Shown here one piece after another: positions 52,855 to 61,854 of a DNA stretch of 64,000 nucleotides; the first letter of the stretch is position 1; each line of letters opens with the position of its first letter. A model generated the notes under the pieces. The model saw nothing but the letters and a program-made list of their open reading frames with translations. It did no database searches and was not told the origin of the DNA. Source of the stretch: Candidatus Binatia bacterium (GTDB lineage Bacteria; Desulfobacterota; Binatia; Bin18); NCBI GenBank assembly GCA_963666315.2, contig CAXXHG010000046.1, positions 32,001-96,000 on the forward strand, read 5' to 3'. A program made the translations under genes and the position numbers.

Positions 52855-53277
52855 TTGCCCCTTATTGCTGACACTGGCGGCTTGCTACGCGCCCTCGCCC
52901 GGCGACCAGCACGGCCAGCCTACGAGCAGGTGTTACGCCAGGCTGCGGTCGTGGTGGTGTCTGCCCTAGTGCTGGCCGAAGTCGATTATTTTTTACGTGG
53001 CGAGCGTGCAGCCATGCGCAAGCTGGTAGCCGAGCTGTTCGACCCGACAACGACCTACGAGTTTGAATCTATTCTGCCTTCCGATATTGTCCGGGCGCTT
53101 CAGATTGACGCGAAATTTCGCGAACTAGAGCTTGGCTTGGTAGACGGAAGCGTTGCTGCAGTAACGGAACGCCGACGGATATATCGCGTATTCACAATAG
53201 ACCGCAGGGACTTCGGCACTCTGCGGATTGGGGAACGATATAATCGCGCGCTTACCCTTTTGCCAGAGCAGCCCTAG
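52855..53277 (+). CDS. PIN-domain toxin
   Basis: LIADTGG, VLAEVDY, LGLVDGSV.A..ER, FTIDRRDF. Confidence 0.88.
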   Translation: MPLIADTGGLLRALARRPARPAYEQVLRQAAVVVVSALVLAEVDYFLRGERAAMRKLVAELFDPTTTYEFESILPSDIVRALQIDAKFRELELGLVDGSVAAVTERRRIYRVFTIDRRDFGTLRIGERYNRALTLLPEQP

Positions 53278-53313
53278 AAAAGGGCAGCCACACCACTGAT
53301 ACGCACAGACCGC

Positions 53314-54657
53314 TTACTGCTCCTCCGCGAGAGCCTTCCGTGCGGCGAGCCGCTCAACCTGGCCCGCCACAACGCGGACTTTACGCGGACTGGCCATCCA
53401 CATACTCCCAATGGATACGAAACACAGTCCCATAGCCAGCCAGAACGCCACGGTATAACTCCCGGTTTGGTCAAAGAACAGGCCCGTCACCCAGGGACCC
53501 GTCCCGCCACCCACACTGCCCGCTATCGTCAGCGTGCCGTAGATTCGGCCGTATTGTTTGCCTTGAAATATTTCTGCTGGGATTGCTCCGAACACCGAGA
53601 CTGTGCCATAGCCCAACATGCCTTGAGCGACGACCATACCATATAGTAAGACCGGGGTCGGATGCTCGGGCATGAGGAGCAGCAAGACGTAGCACAGCAC
53701 AAAACCTAGCATGCTGATCGTCCAGACCCATTCCCTCCCAATCCGGTCAGACAAAAACCCGAGCCCAATCTGACCACCGCTGGCGGTCAGCCCAACCAGT
53801 CCCAGAGCGAACGCCGCCGTCTCTAGCGAAAAACCAATGTCGTTGAGATATTTCGTTTGATGCACTTGGATGGCATACCAAGCGTATAGACAACTGGAAA
53901 AAGATACGCACAACCACCAAAAACGTGTGGTACGGATCGCACGGGCCAGCGTCCAATCGGTGGATGCCCAGGCATGATCAACAATATTGTCAGCGCCCGC
54001 CTGCCCGCCGGATGTTGTGTCAGGGATCGCGTCTCCGTCAGGCGCCAAGCCTAAATCCTCGGGACGGCGGCGTTGTAGCAGGATATTCAGCGGGAGCACG
54101 ATAACCAACAGCAAACCGGCCACGACCCAACACGCCTCACGCCAGCCAACCTGGTCGATCATGCTTTGGACCCACGGAAAGAGGATGATCGAGCCCACGC
54201 CCACGCCGGAAAAAGCGAGCCCAAGCGCTAAGCCGCGTTTACGGACAAACCAGTAGGGCAAAAACAAAGAATGACCGAGATAGCTCACCGCAGCACCGCC
54301 TCCACCAACCAGGGCACCGAAGGCCAGGTAGAGATGCCAGGGCTGACTGATGAGCGTAATCAGGACCATACCTGTACTCGCCATAACCGCACCGAGGGGG
54401 ATAACGAAGCGAGGTCCAAAGCGGTCCATCAATATCCCAATCAGTGGGGCGTACACCGTCGAACCGAGAAAACCGAAAGAAAACGCGGCCGCAGTGCTGC
54501 CCCGGTCCCAGCCAAATTCCGTCAGAATCGAGGGGAATAATAAAGAGAAGGTCGTCCGGGTATTCACCCCAATGGCCAGGGTGACAAAGGCGACGGCAAC
54601 CACTATCCAACCGTAAAAAATAGGCAATCTATTATGCGACATGATGACTGTTTCCAC
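53314..54657 (-). CDS. MFS transporter
   Basis: About 12 TM; FYGW.VV, G.LMDRFGPR, WF.RKRGLA, GFLSDRIGR. Confidence 0.93.
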   Translation of the reverse strand: METVIMSHNRLPIFYGWIVVAVAFVTLAIGVNTRTTFSLLFPSILTEFGWDRGSTAAAFSFGFLGSTVYAPLIGILMDRFGPRFVIPLGAVMASTGMVLITLISQPWHLYLAFGALVGGGGAAVSYLGHSLFLPYWFVRKRGLALGLAFSGVGVGSIILFPWVQSMIDQVGWREACWVVAGLLLVIVLPLNILLQRRRPEDLGLAPDGDAIPDTTSGGQAGADNIVDHAWASTDWTLARAIRTTRFWWLCVSFSSCLYAWYAIQVHQTKYLNDIGFSLETAAFALGLVGLTASGGQIGLGFLSDRIGREWVWTISMLGFVLCYVLLLLMPEHPTPVLLYGMVVAQGMLGYGTVSVFGAIPAEIFQGKQYGRIYGTLTIAGSVGGGTGPWVTGLFFDQTGSYTVAFWLAMGLCFVSIGSMWMASPRKVRVVAGQVERLAARKALAEEQ

Positions 54658-54752
54658 TCTACCAATAGCAACCCACTCGTTGCCCGTTGTCTTCTGTGCC
54701 CAGAGCGATTACCCTTTCTTGATCGCGATACAGCATGGTAAGGAGTGCCTAT

Positions 54753-55607
54753 ATGGAATTCGAAACCTTGGCCACTGGCTACGGACTTGTCGAAGGTCCA
54801 CGCACCGATGATCAGAATCGGCTCTATTACAGTGATGTCCGTGGTGGCGGCGTTTTTCGACGTAGCCCGGACGGAGAGATCGAGGCATTGCTCCCAGACC
54901 GCAAGTTTGTAGGCGGGATCGCGCTGAACGAGGGCGGCGGCATATTGGTCACGGGTCTGTCGCTTGCTCAATGGAATGAACAATCCGGCGAGCTGCGAGA
55001 AATCTTTACCGAATGGGAGGGCAAACGCCTTTTTGGTCTGAACGACTTGACCATGGATGACCAGGGCAGTATCTGGGTCGGCTCGTTCGGTTGCAATATC
55101 CAGCAATTCGATTTCAAGAGTACACCCCCGCCGGGCTCGCTCTTCCGGATCGATCCGCCCGGGCAGGTGACACATATGTGGGAGGGTGTCGAGGTGACAA
55201 ATGGTCTGGGTTTTAGTCCGGACCGGAAACTGCTCTACCACTGTGATTCAACCACGCGCGCCGTCTGGGTGTATGAAGTCCGGGCAGATCGAACGGTCAG
55301 CAATCGACAGCTCTTCGCCAAGCTGCCTGAAGGTATGCCCGACGGCATGACCGTTGACGTTGAAGGTGGCGTCTGGGTGGCCACAGTTGCCGGACGAGGT
55401 GAAATCATTCGTTTTAAGCCTGATGGGACAATTGATCAGCGCATCAAAGTCCCAGCCAAAACGGTCACCAGTGTCGCGTTTGGGGGTCCCGACATGTGCG
55501 ACCTCTACGTCGTTACCGCCAACAACGACCAGCGCGACCTCAAGGGGACCGTTTTTCGCACCCGTTCGGAGATTCCTGGTTTACCTGTTCCGAAGGCGCG
55601 CTTTTAG
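54753..55607 (+). CDS. SMP-30/gluconolactonase/LRE family protein
   Basis: LVEGP, LND...D.QG, NGLGFSPD, GMPDGMTVD.EG.VWVA, TSVAFGG. Confidence 0.93.
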   Translation: MEFETLATGYGLVEGPRTDDQNRLYYSDVRGGGVFRRSPDGEIEALLPDRKFVGGIALNEGGGILVTGLSLAQWNEQSGELREIFTEWEGKRLFGLNDLTMDDQGSIWVGSFGCNIQQFDFKSTPPPGSLFRIDPPGQVTHMWEGVEVTNGLGFSPDRKLLYHCDSTTRAVWVYEVRADRTVSNRQLFAKLPEGMPDGMTVDVEGGVWVATVAGRGEIIRFKPDGTIDQRIKVPAKTVTSVAFGGPDMCDLYVVTANNDQRDLKGTVFRTRSEIPGLPVPKARF

Positions 55608-55800
55608 TGCTGGCCATAGATGCAGCAACGTACTCAGAGCCCTCTCGTAGTCAACCACAGGGAAACCAAAATCGTTACGCATAAGTGGTAACTCGATACG
55701 GCTGGTCAGGTGTCTAAAGAATACGGCTTTTTTACACTGCGGACAGAGCTAGGACGGTTGGCATTAAGGAGCCTATGCCTATAAGGGAGAATCATTAGGA

Positions 55801-56985
55801 ATGAGGCACATAACACCCGGATGCGCCAGCATATTTGGTTGTCGGCTGCTTGTCCTCGATTTCTTCTTATTTGTCGTGCTCGGCTTGGACGTTTCCTTCG
55901 CTCAGGAACGCGATGAGTCTTACGGGCTGCAGCTTGACGGCTGGCAGGGAACGCGACCGGCGCCTCAACAAGCTCCCCGGCCCTCCTCTCCTCAACGATA
56001 TGCACCCCTCCAGCCACAAGTCTTGGAGTTGCCGCCGACCGGACAGCCGTCTGTCCAGGAGTTTCCTCAGCAGCAGACGATTCCATCTGTACGGCGACTG
56101 CCGTCCTCTAAACGGCCGAAGCAGTTGCTCACCATCACCGTAACCGACCAGAATGGGCAATACGTAAGCGGACTGCGGGCTGAAGACTTCATGCTATACG
56201 AAGGCGATCTATCGCAGCCGATTACGTATTTCAACACGGGCCAACAGGAACCGGTGAGTCTGGGCTTCCTGGTCGACATGAGTGAGAGCATGCATGGCAA
56301 GCGCAGACGGGCCGTACAAGCGCTACGTAAATTTGTGCTCGCTATCAGGCCCCGGGATGAGGTTTTTCTTGTCGGGTTTAACCATCAGCTCCATCTATTG
56401 CAGGACTTTACCGACAGCCGGACGCTCTTGACCCAAGCCACCGCCGGACTCCAGACCTCGGGAAATACGGCCCTGTACGATGCCTTGCTCGACGGGCTCC
56501 GACGGGTCCAAACAGGCCAGCGTCAGAAGAGAGCGCTCATTCTCATCAGTGACGGCATGGATACAGCGAGCCAGGCCTCTCGTGAAGAAGCCGTTCGTGC
56601 CGCGCGGCGTGCCAACATTCTCGTCTACACCATAGGTCTTGGCGATCTCAGCCAACCCACCCGGAGACCGAGCATGCCCATGATGGGAGGTATGGGTGGC
56701 CCTTTTATGCCCAGCCGCGGGCGGTCCAATCTCGGCGCGGTCGATGTGCGTCTGCTGCAGACCCTGAGTGATGTGACTGGAGCGCGGCACTTTTTTCTGA
56801 GCACTAGAGACGTCCTCGGCAGTCAGGATGTGCTCGAATATGCAACCCAGACCATAGCCCATGAACTCCGTCAGCAGTACAGCCTCGGCTACCTCTCCCC
56901 GCTCAAAGGCGACGTATACCGCGACGTACGAATCGAGACTCGACGGCGAGGACTGACCATCCGCACCCATAAGGGCAGCGGTTAG
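55801..56985 (+). CDS. Secreted VWA-domain protein (VWFA-related, Acidobacteria-like type)
   Basis: Signal-like N-terminus; VTDQNG.YVSGL..EDF, DMSESM MIDAS, TALYDA, ISDG.D, ELRQQYSLGY. Confidence 0.88.
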   Translation: MRHITPGCASIFGCRLLVLDFFLFVVLGLDVSFAQERDESYGLQLDGWQGTRPAPQQAPRPSSPQRYAPLQPQVLELPPTGQPSVQEFPQQQTIPSVRRLPSSKRPKQLLTITVTDQNGQYVSGLRAEDFMLYEGDLSQPITYFNTGQQEPVSLGFLVDMSESMHGKRRRAVQALRKFVLAIRPRDEVFLVGFNHQLHLLQDFTDSRTLLTQATAGLQTSGNTALYDALLDGLRRVQTGQRQKRALILISDGMDTASQASREEAVRAARRANILVYTIGLGDLSQPTRRPSMPMMGGMGGPFMPSRGRSNLGAVDVRLLQTLSDVTGARHFFLSTRDVLGSQDVLEYATQTIAHELRQQYSLGYLSPLKGDVYRDVRIETRRRGLTIRTHKGSG

Positions 56986-57124
56986 AACCTCTCTCGTGAC
57001 CTTCTCCGGGTGTGAGGACACGGCGCAATATACTCTGCCCAAGAGCCGTGCCGCCCACCGCTTCCTCTTGCCTAGACCTCCAGTCTCTTATATCTCTGAT
57101 ACTCTTAAACAAGGAGGGACGATT

Positions 57125-58474
57125 ATGCATTTCATGTGGTTCAGTGAACGAGCCTACCATTATGATCTGGACGAACATCCGGACAAATACCGTGAACTCG
57201 AAAACGAAGTCATACGCAAACGTAGCTTTTTTGGTACGCCGAATAGTATGTTTGAGCCTGCGCACGGTGCAAAACTGCTCAATCAGTATCTGGATGAGAA
57301 GATCTACACAGACCAAGAGCTGCTCAACTTCGATGGCATTATGCTCAATGAGCACCATGCCAACCCGTTTTGTCTGGGTGCAGTCATGGATGTCGAAGCC
57401 TCTGTTTTGGCCAAGACGACCCAGCGAATCAGAATCGCCCTGTTGGGAAATCCGGTTCCTACCGTAGCGAATGCGCTGCGTCTGGCCGAAGAGCTGGCTA
57501 TGATCGACCTGATTTCAAACGGCCGCTTGACCACAGGCTGGGTGCGTGGCGCGGGCCCCGAGCAGCTCGCCAATAATGCCAACCCGGCCTATAACCGTGA
57601 ATATTTTGAAGAGGGTGTAACCTTTATCGTGAAGGCATGGACCCAGGCCGGTCCGTTCCGCTATGAAGGCAAGCACTTTCACTTCCGGCATGTGAATCCG
57701 TGGGTACTGCCCGTCCAAAAGCCACATCCGCCCTTCTGGATCCCTGGCCTCATCAGCCCTGAGACAGTGGCGTGGTGCGCAAAAAACCGCTATCCCTACG
57801 TAGCCCTGGCGACGCGACTCGAGCCGACTTTAGAGCTATGGAATTTTTACAACCAGGCCGCCGCTCGTGAGGGCTACCAAGCCGGTCCGGAGAATTTCGG
57901 TTATTTGCAGCCCGTCATGGTCGCGGATACACAGGAGCGCGCCGAGGAGATGGGCAAACGCATTCTGTACGGCGGTGCCTTCGCCCACTTTGCCCGTCCC
58001 GAATGGATGTTCCCTCCGGGTTATAACTCGAAAGCCGCGACTCAACGCCTGGCCCAAACAAACTTCGGCATCAACGCCTCTGCGAGGGCGCTGTATGGTG
58101 AAGGCGGAGAAACGACTGACGAGGAGATCGAAGCCGTCAAGAAGGTCATTTATGACACCTATCCTGGGGTACAGAAAGAGATGGTTATGATCGCCGGCAC
58201 ACCTGACAACGTGATTGCGAAACTCAAAAAAATCCAGGATATTCTACGGCCGGGTATCTTCTCCTTCTGGCTCGACGGTCCGGTTCCGTTCAAGGATCGG
58301 AAGCGTTGCCTGGAGCTCCTCAACCGAGATGTCATTCCCGCCATGCGCGAGCACGGCAAGACGCTCGGCTTGGTCGGTCCGTTTGAACAGCAACCAGGTT
58401 TACGCCCACTGGCCAACGGCAAACCCGAGCCGGTCAGCGATCCACAGGTGCTGGCCGAGCTGATGGCTGCCTAA
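57125..58474 (+). CDS. LLM-class flavin-dependent oxidoreductase
   Basis: RBS AAGGAGG; LNEHH, LRLAEELAMIDLIS.GRL..G.VRG, WVLPVQKPHPP.W.PG. Confidence 0.92.
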   Translation: MHFMWFSERAYHYDLDEHPDKYRELENEVIRKRSFFGTPNSMFEPAHGAKLLNQYLDEKIYTDQELLNFDGIMLNEHHANPFCLGAVMDVEASVLAKTTQRIRIALLGNPVPTVANALRLAEELAMIDLISNGRLTTGWVRGAGPEQLANNANPAYNREYFEEGVTFIVKAWTQAGPFRYEGKHFHFRHVNPWVLPVQKPHPPFWIPGLISPETVAWCAKNRYPYVALATRLEPTLELWNFYNQAAAREGYQAGPENFGYLQPVMVADTQERAEEMGKRILYGGAFAHFARPEWMFPPGYNSKAATQRLAQTNFGINASARALYGEGGETTDEEIEAVKKVIYDTYPGVQKEMVMIAGTPDNVIAKLKKIQDILRPGIFSFWLDGPVPFKDRKRCLELLNRDVIPAMREHGKTLGLVGPFEQQPGLRPLANGKPEPVSDPQVLAELMAA

Positions 58475-58519
58475 GCCTCAAACGTCATTGATCAATCTCA
58501 CCGGCCGGACGGCTCTGCC

Positions 58520-58620
58520 TTGATTTGGGGAGCCCAATCCGGTCGGGATAACCCTTACCTCAGCACTAGAAATCATTATCGAGGCCGCTGGTGACGTGCC
58601 GCACCTGGAACAGCGTAAGG
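58520..58620 (+). pseudogene. Small alpha/beta hydrolase C-terminal remnant
   Basis: Fragments LIWGAQ and IIEAAGDVPHLEQ resemble the I..AGH.PHLEQ motif. Confidence 0.4.
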
Positions 58621-58636
58621 TCGTTGGAATAAAACC

Positions 58637-59659
58637 ATGCCCGCAGCCCATTCACTCCTCAAGCAGCAGCAAACCTTTCCCGCATATATCCGCTACCCCG
58701 TACTGGCCCTCACCTATGTACTGATCAAACCGGTCCTGTGGTTGGTGGACAAGGCCGGCTACTCCGATCGCCTCTGGACGGCGGTCGGATACAAAATGCG
58801 CGCGAAGCTTGTCGAGGGCCACGACTTCGGCGACTACCGCCCTAGCCAACACGATGTGGTGGTGTGTACCTTTCCCAAATGCGGCACAAATTGGACCATG
58901 CAGATTGCCTATCAAATCGCGATGCGGGGTCGGGGAGAGTATGGGCATATTCATGAAGTGATTCCGTGGCCGGATTTTGCCAAGCAAGACTTGGTGGTTC
59001 CCTTATCGGACGATACGGCGCGCCAAGCCGCCCCTACAGGACTGCGCGTGATTAAGACCCATTTGGAGTGGGACCGGGTACCCTACACCGATAAGGCACG
59101 CTATATCTGTGTGATCCGCGACCCTAAAGATGCCTTTGTCTCTAACTACCACTTTATCCGTGATGTGATGCTCGGTCCCCTGATGCCCGCTGTTGCCATA
59201 TGGGTACGACTCTTTTTTTCTGATGCGACTCCTTTTAACTGGTCTGAACACTTGCACGGCTACTGGCAGAACCGTCACCTGCCCAACTTGTTGATCCTGA
59301 CCTTTGAAGAGATGAAAGCAGACCTGCCCATGGTCGTGCGTCATATTGCCGAGTTTATGCGGGTGGAGCTGACGGACGGCGAGTTTGACCTGGTGTGCCA
59401 GAAGAGCACGTTTGCCTATATGAAAGGGATTAACGAAAAATTCGCCCCGCCGGCCTTGAGTCCATGGTCATCGCCCAACAGACAAATGATCCGCAAGGGT
59501 CAAAGCGGAGGATCGTCCGAACTCTTGTCTGCTGAGCTGCAGCGCTTTATCGATACCCAATGTAAAGCCGATCTTCAACGCTTGGAATGTGCCTTCCCCT
59601 ACGGCGAGGCGTGGGAGGACCTGTCCGTTGGCGCAGAGCGCGCCGCCGCCCAAGCGTAA
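58637..59659 (+). CDS. PAPS-dependent sulfotransferase
   Basis: TFPKCGTNW, KTHL, RDPKDAFVS, RKGQSG. Confidence 0.93.
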   Translation: MPAAHSLLKQQQTFPAYIRYPVLALTYVLIKPVLWLVDKAGYSDRLWTAVGYKMRAKLVEGHDFGDYRPSQHDVVVCTFPKCGTNWTMQIAYQIAMRGRGEYGHIHEVIPWPDFAKQDLVVPLSDDTARQAAPTGLRVIKTHLEWDRVPYTDKARYICVIRDPKDAFVSNYHFIRDVMLGPLMPAVAIWVRLFFSDATPFNWSEHLHGYWQNRHLPNLLILTFEEMKADLPMVVRHIAEFMRVELTDGEFDLVCQKSTFAYMKGINEKFAPPALSPWSSPNRQMIRKGQSGGSSELLSAELQRFIDTQCKADLQRLECAFPYGEAWEDLSVGAERAAAQA

Positions 59660-60559
59660 AGCGGTTTACCCAGCCCTCCGCTCGAGCCCAACGCTCCGCT
59701 TTTGCGCAGCGCGCTGACCCTGTCTGCATCGTATCCGAGTTCGGCCAGGACCTCGTCCGTGTGCTCGCCCAGCGGAGGTGCGCGCTGTGGCTGGCGTTTC
59801 GTTTCGCCCTGAAGCCAGATCGGACTGTTGACCACTTCTACCTTGCCTACGGTCTCATGCTCAAAGCCAACAAAGAAGTCGTTGGAACGCATCTGCGCAT
59901 CGTGGGGGGCCTCCTCAGTGCGTCCAACCACACCGAAGGTGATCTGCGCATCGTCCAAAATCTGCTTCCACTGGGCGAGGTCTTTAGTCTCAAAAGCAGC
60001 CTGGATCTCTTGGGCCAGGGCTTGGGCATTGTCAAGCCCTGGGCGGACTTCGGCGAAACGCACATCTTCCAGCCACTCAGGGTAGCCCAGGGCTGTGACG
60101 AAAAGGGGCCAGTCTTTGTCGGGCTGGATCACAGCCAGGCTTGTCTATCTCGTCCCCGTTTTCTCCGTCGCCCGTGACCTGGGCATAGACCAGGCGCTCA
60201 TTTACCGGCGCCAGGTCCTCGTAGCGTATCTTCAGCCGTTCCAGCACGCGGGGTGGGAAATTGGTCACGAATACGTCCGTTGTGCGGATCAGGTCGAGCA
60301 AGATTTCATGTCCGGCATCAACTTTCATATCAAGAACCATCCCATGCTTGTTACGGTTATCGTGCTGGAACATGTAGTCCAGTTCGCTGGCTGGGAAGGG
60401 CGTTACCTTATGCGCATAGCGGTACGGATCTCCAATGCCGGGGCTCTCGATCTTAATCACCTCTGCGCCGAAATCGGACATCACGGTGGTACTCGCCGGA
60501 CCAAAGATATAGGTCGCCATGTCTATCACCTGAATGCCGGACAAGATCCCTTGCGCCAT
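59599..60559 (-). pseudogene. CaiB/BaiF CoA transferase with internal deletion and frameshift
   Basis: The N-part (DFGAEVIKIE, NRNK, DVFVTNF) ends at DKPG near 60137. The C-part (LAVIQPDKDW...APPLGEHTDEVL) resumes in another frame, and the catalytic middle region is missing. Confidence 0.85.
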
Positions 60560-60781
60560 ACGCTCCTCCTGTCATGTGTGGACGGGTCAATGCGGTGACT
60601 TCATCTTTCGTCGGCCTGCGTAGCAAATTCCTGCGCTAGAGTCACGGGTTCAGCTGCGGAATCTTACGGTCGCACACAACTTTCCGAACGCCGAGCACTC
60701 GAATTTGTGGATGGAAAAAGTTACTATGCACCAAGGTGGCGATACGAGTCGCAAGTTTAGAGGGATACAGGAGGGATACAC

Positions 60782-61591
60782 ATGAGCGATTTCGATGCGA
60801 CGCAGCGTGTCCTAGTCAGCTATATAGACAAGTCGCGCGAGTACTACCTGGCACGCGGTCACGCCAATCCCTACCGCTGGGCGACCCATGAGGACACGCC
60901 CTTCGCATCGCTTGTCAAACCGCTCAGCGAGAGCCGGGTCGCCTTGGTCACGACCGCGAGCCTCAGCTCGGAGGATAGTCGTGCGCGGGCAGTGTACGCC
61001 GCTGCCACCCAACCAGCGCCGGAATCCCTGTATACGAACCACCTATCATGGCACAAAGAGGCCACGCACACGCGTGATGTCGAGTCCTTCCTGCCGATTC
61101 ACCGCCTTGAGGAGTACGCGGCTGCCGGTCGCATCGGCAGTCTGTCAGCACGCTTCTACGGCGTCCCAACAGACTTCAGCCAACGTCAGACCGTCTACGC
61201 CGATGCCCCGGCAGTCCTTGATCAGTGCCGCGCCGATGCCGTCGATGCCGTGCTGCTCGTCGCACTCTGACCGGTCTGCCACCAGACCGTGAGTCTGGTC
61301 GCTCGATACCTTGAGGCGAATGGCCTGCCGACCGTCATCCTCGGCTCGGCGCGGGATATCGTCGAGCAATGCGGCGTTGCTCGCTTTGTATTCACAGACT
61401 TTCCCCTGGGTAATCCGTGTGGCAAACCGGATGATGCCGCCATGCAACGAGAGATCGTCGCTATTGCACTCGACCTGCTTGAGACTGCGCGTTATCCGCG
61501 CACTACTGTCCAGACTCCGTTTCAGTGGGACGCAACCGGTGAGTGGCGCGCCACGTATATGGAGCTGCCGTCGGATAATGAGGCCGCGTAA
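60782..61591 (+). CDS. PrdB/GrdB-like reductase selenoprotein, 269 aa, UGA codon 163 predicted as Sec
   Basis: ORFs 60782-61270 and 61289-61591 are in the same frame. Read-through gives DAVLLVAL-U-PVCHQTVSLVARYLEANGLPTV...FPLGNPCG. The N-part has TPF..L.KPLSESRVALVTTA, typical of PrdB. Confidence 0.85.
61271..61299 (+). promoter_or_regulatory. Bacterial SECIS-like hairpin
   Basis: ACCAGAC-CGTGA-GTCTGGT: perfect 7-bp stem starting 11 nt after UGA, with 17 nt between UGA and the loop and GU at loop positions 2-3. Confidence 0.7.
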
Positions 61592-61596
61592 TAGTG

Positions 61597-61652
61597 TTCC
61601 CGTAGGGTGCAGCCTCTGCACCCTTCTGCTTGGTGCGCAGGGCGCACCCTAC
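61597..61652. repeat. GTAG-type REP doublet, copy 2
   Basis: TTCCCGTAGGGTGCAGCCTCTGCACC...GGTGCGCAGGGCGCACCCTAC. Confidence 0.75.
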
Positions 61653-61835
61653 TGTCGCGTCCGAGTCGAAACTGTGCGTTGTGTTGTGACCGATCCTTCC
61701 TTCGACTCTGCTCAGGACAGGCTTCGACAAGCTCAGGGCGAACGGAAAAAGAGGTGGCAGACAAGGTCCCTTCGTGCTGAGCCCCGTCGAAGCATGAACG
61801 GACCGTCATGCACAACTTCAACGTAGACGCGACCC
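61652..61835. mobile_element. Putative MITE with imperfect 26-bp TIRs and TA duplication, containing CTTCGACAAGCTCAG-type palindromes
   Basis: Left TA|CTGTCGCGTCCGAGTCGAAACTGTGC versus right (reverse complement) TA|GGGTCGCGTCTACGTTGAAGTTGTGC: 18 of 26 identical. Confidence 0.55.
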
Positions 61836-61854
61836 TACCAAAAGATCTCTCAGC

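Noticed and set aside
49428-53277. Integron cassette array
   Set aside because: No integrase, mixed gene orientation, and the palindromes lack recognisable RYYYAAC...GTTRRRY attC ends.
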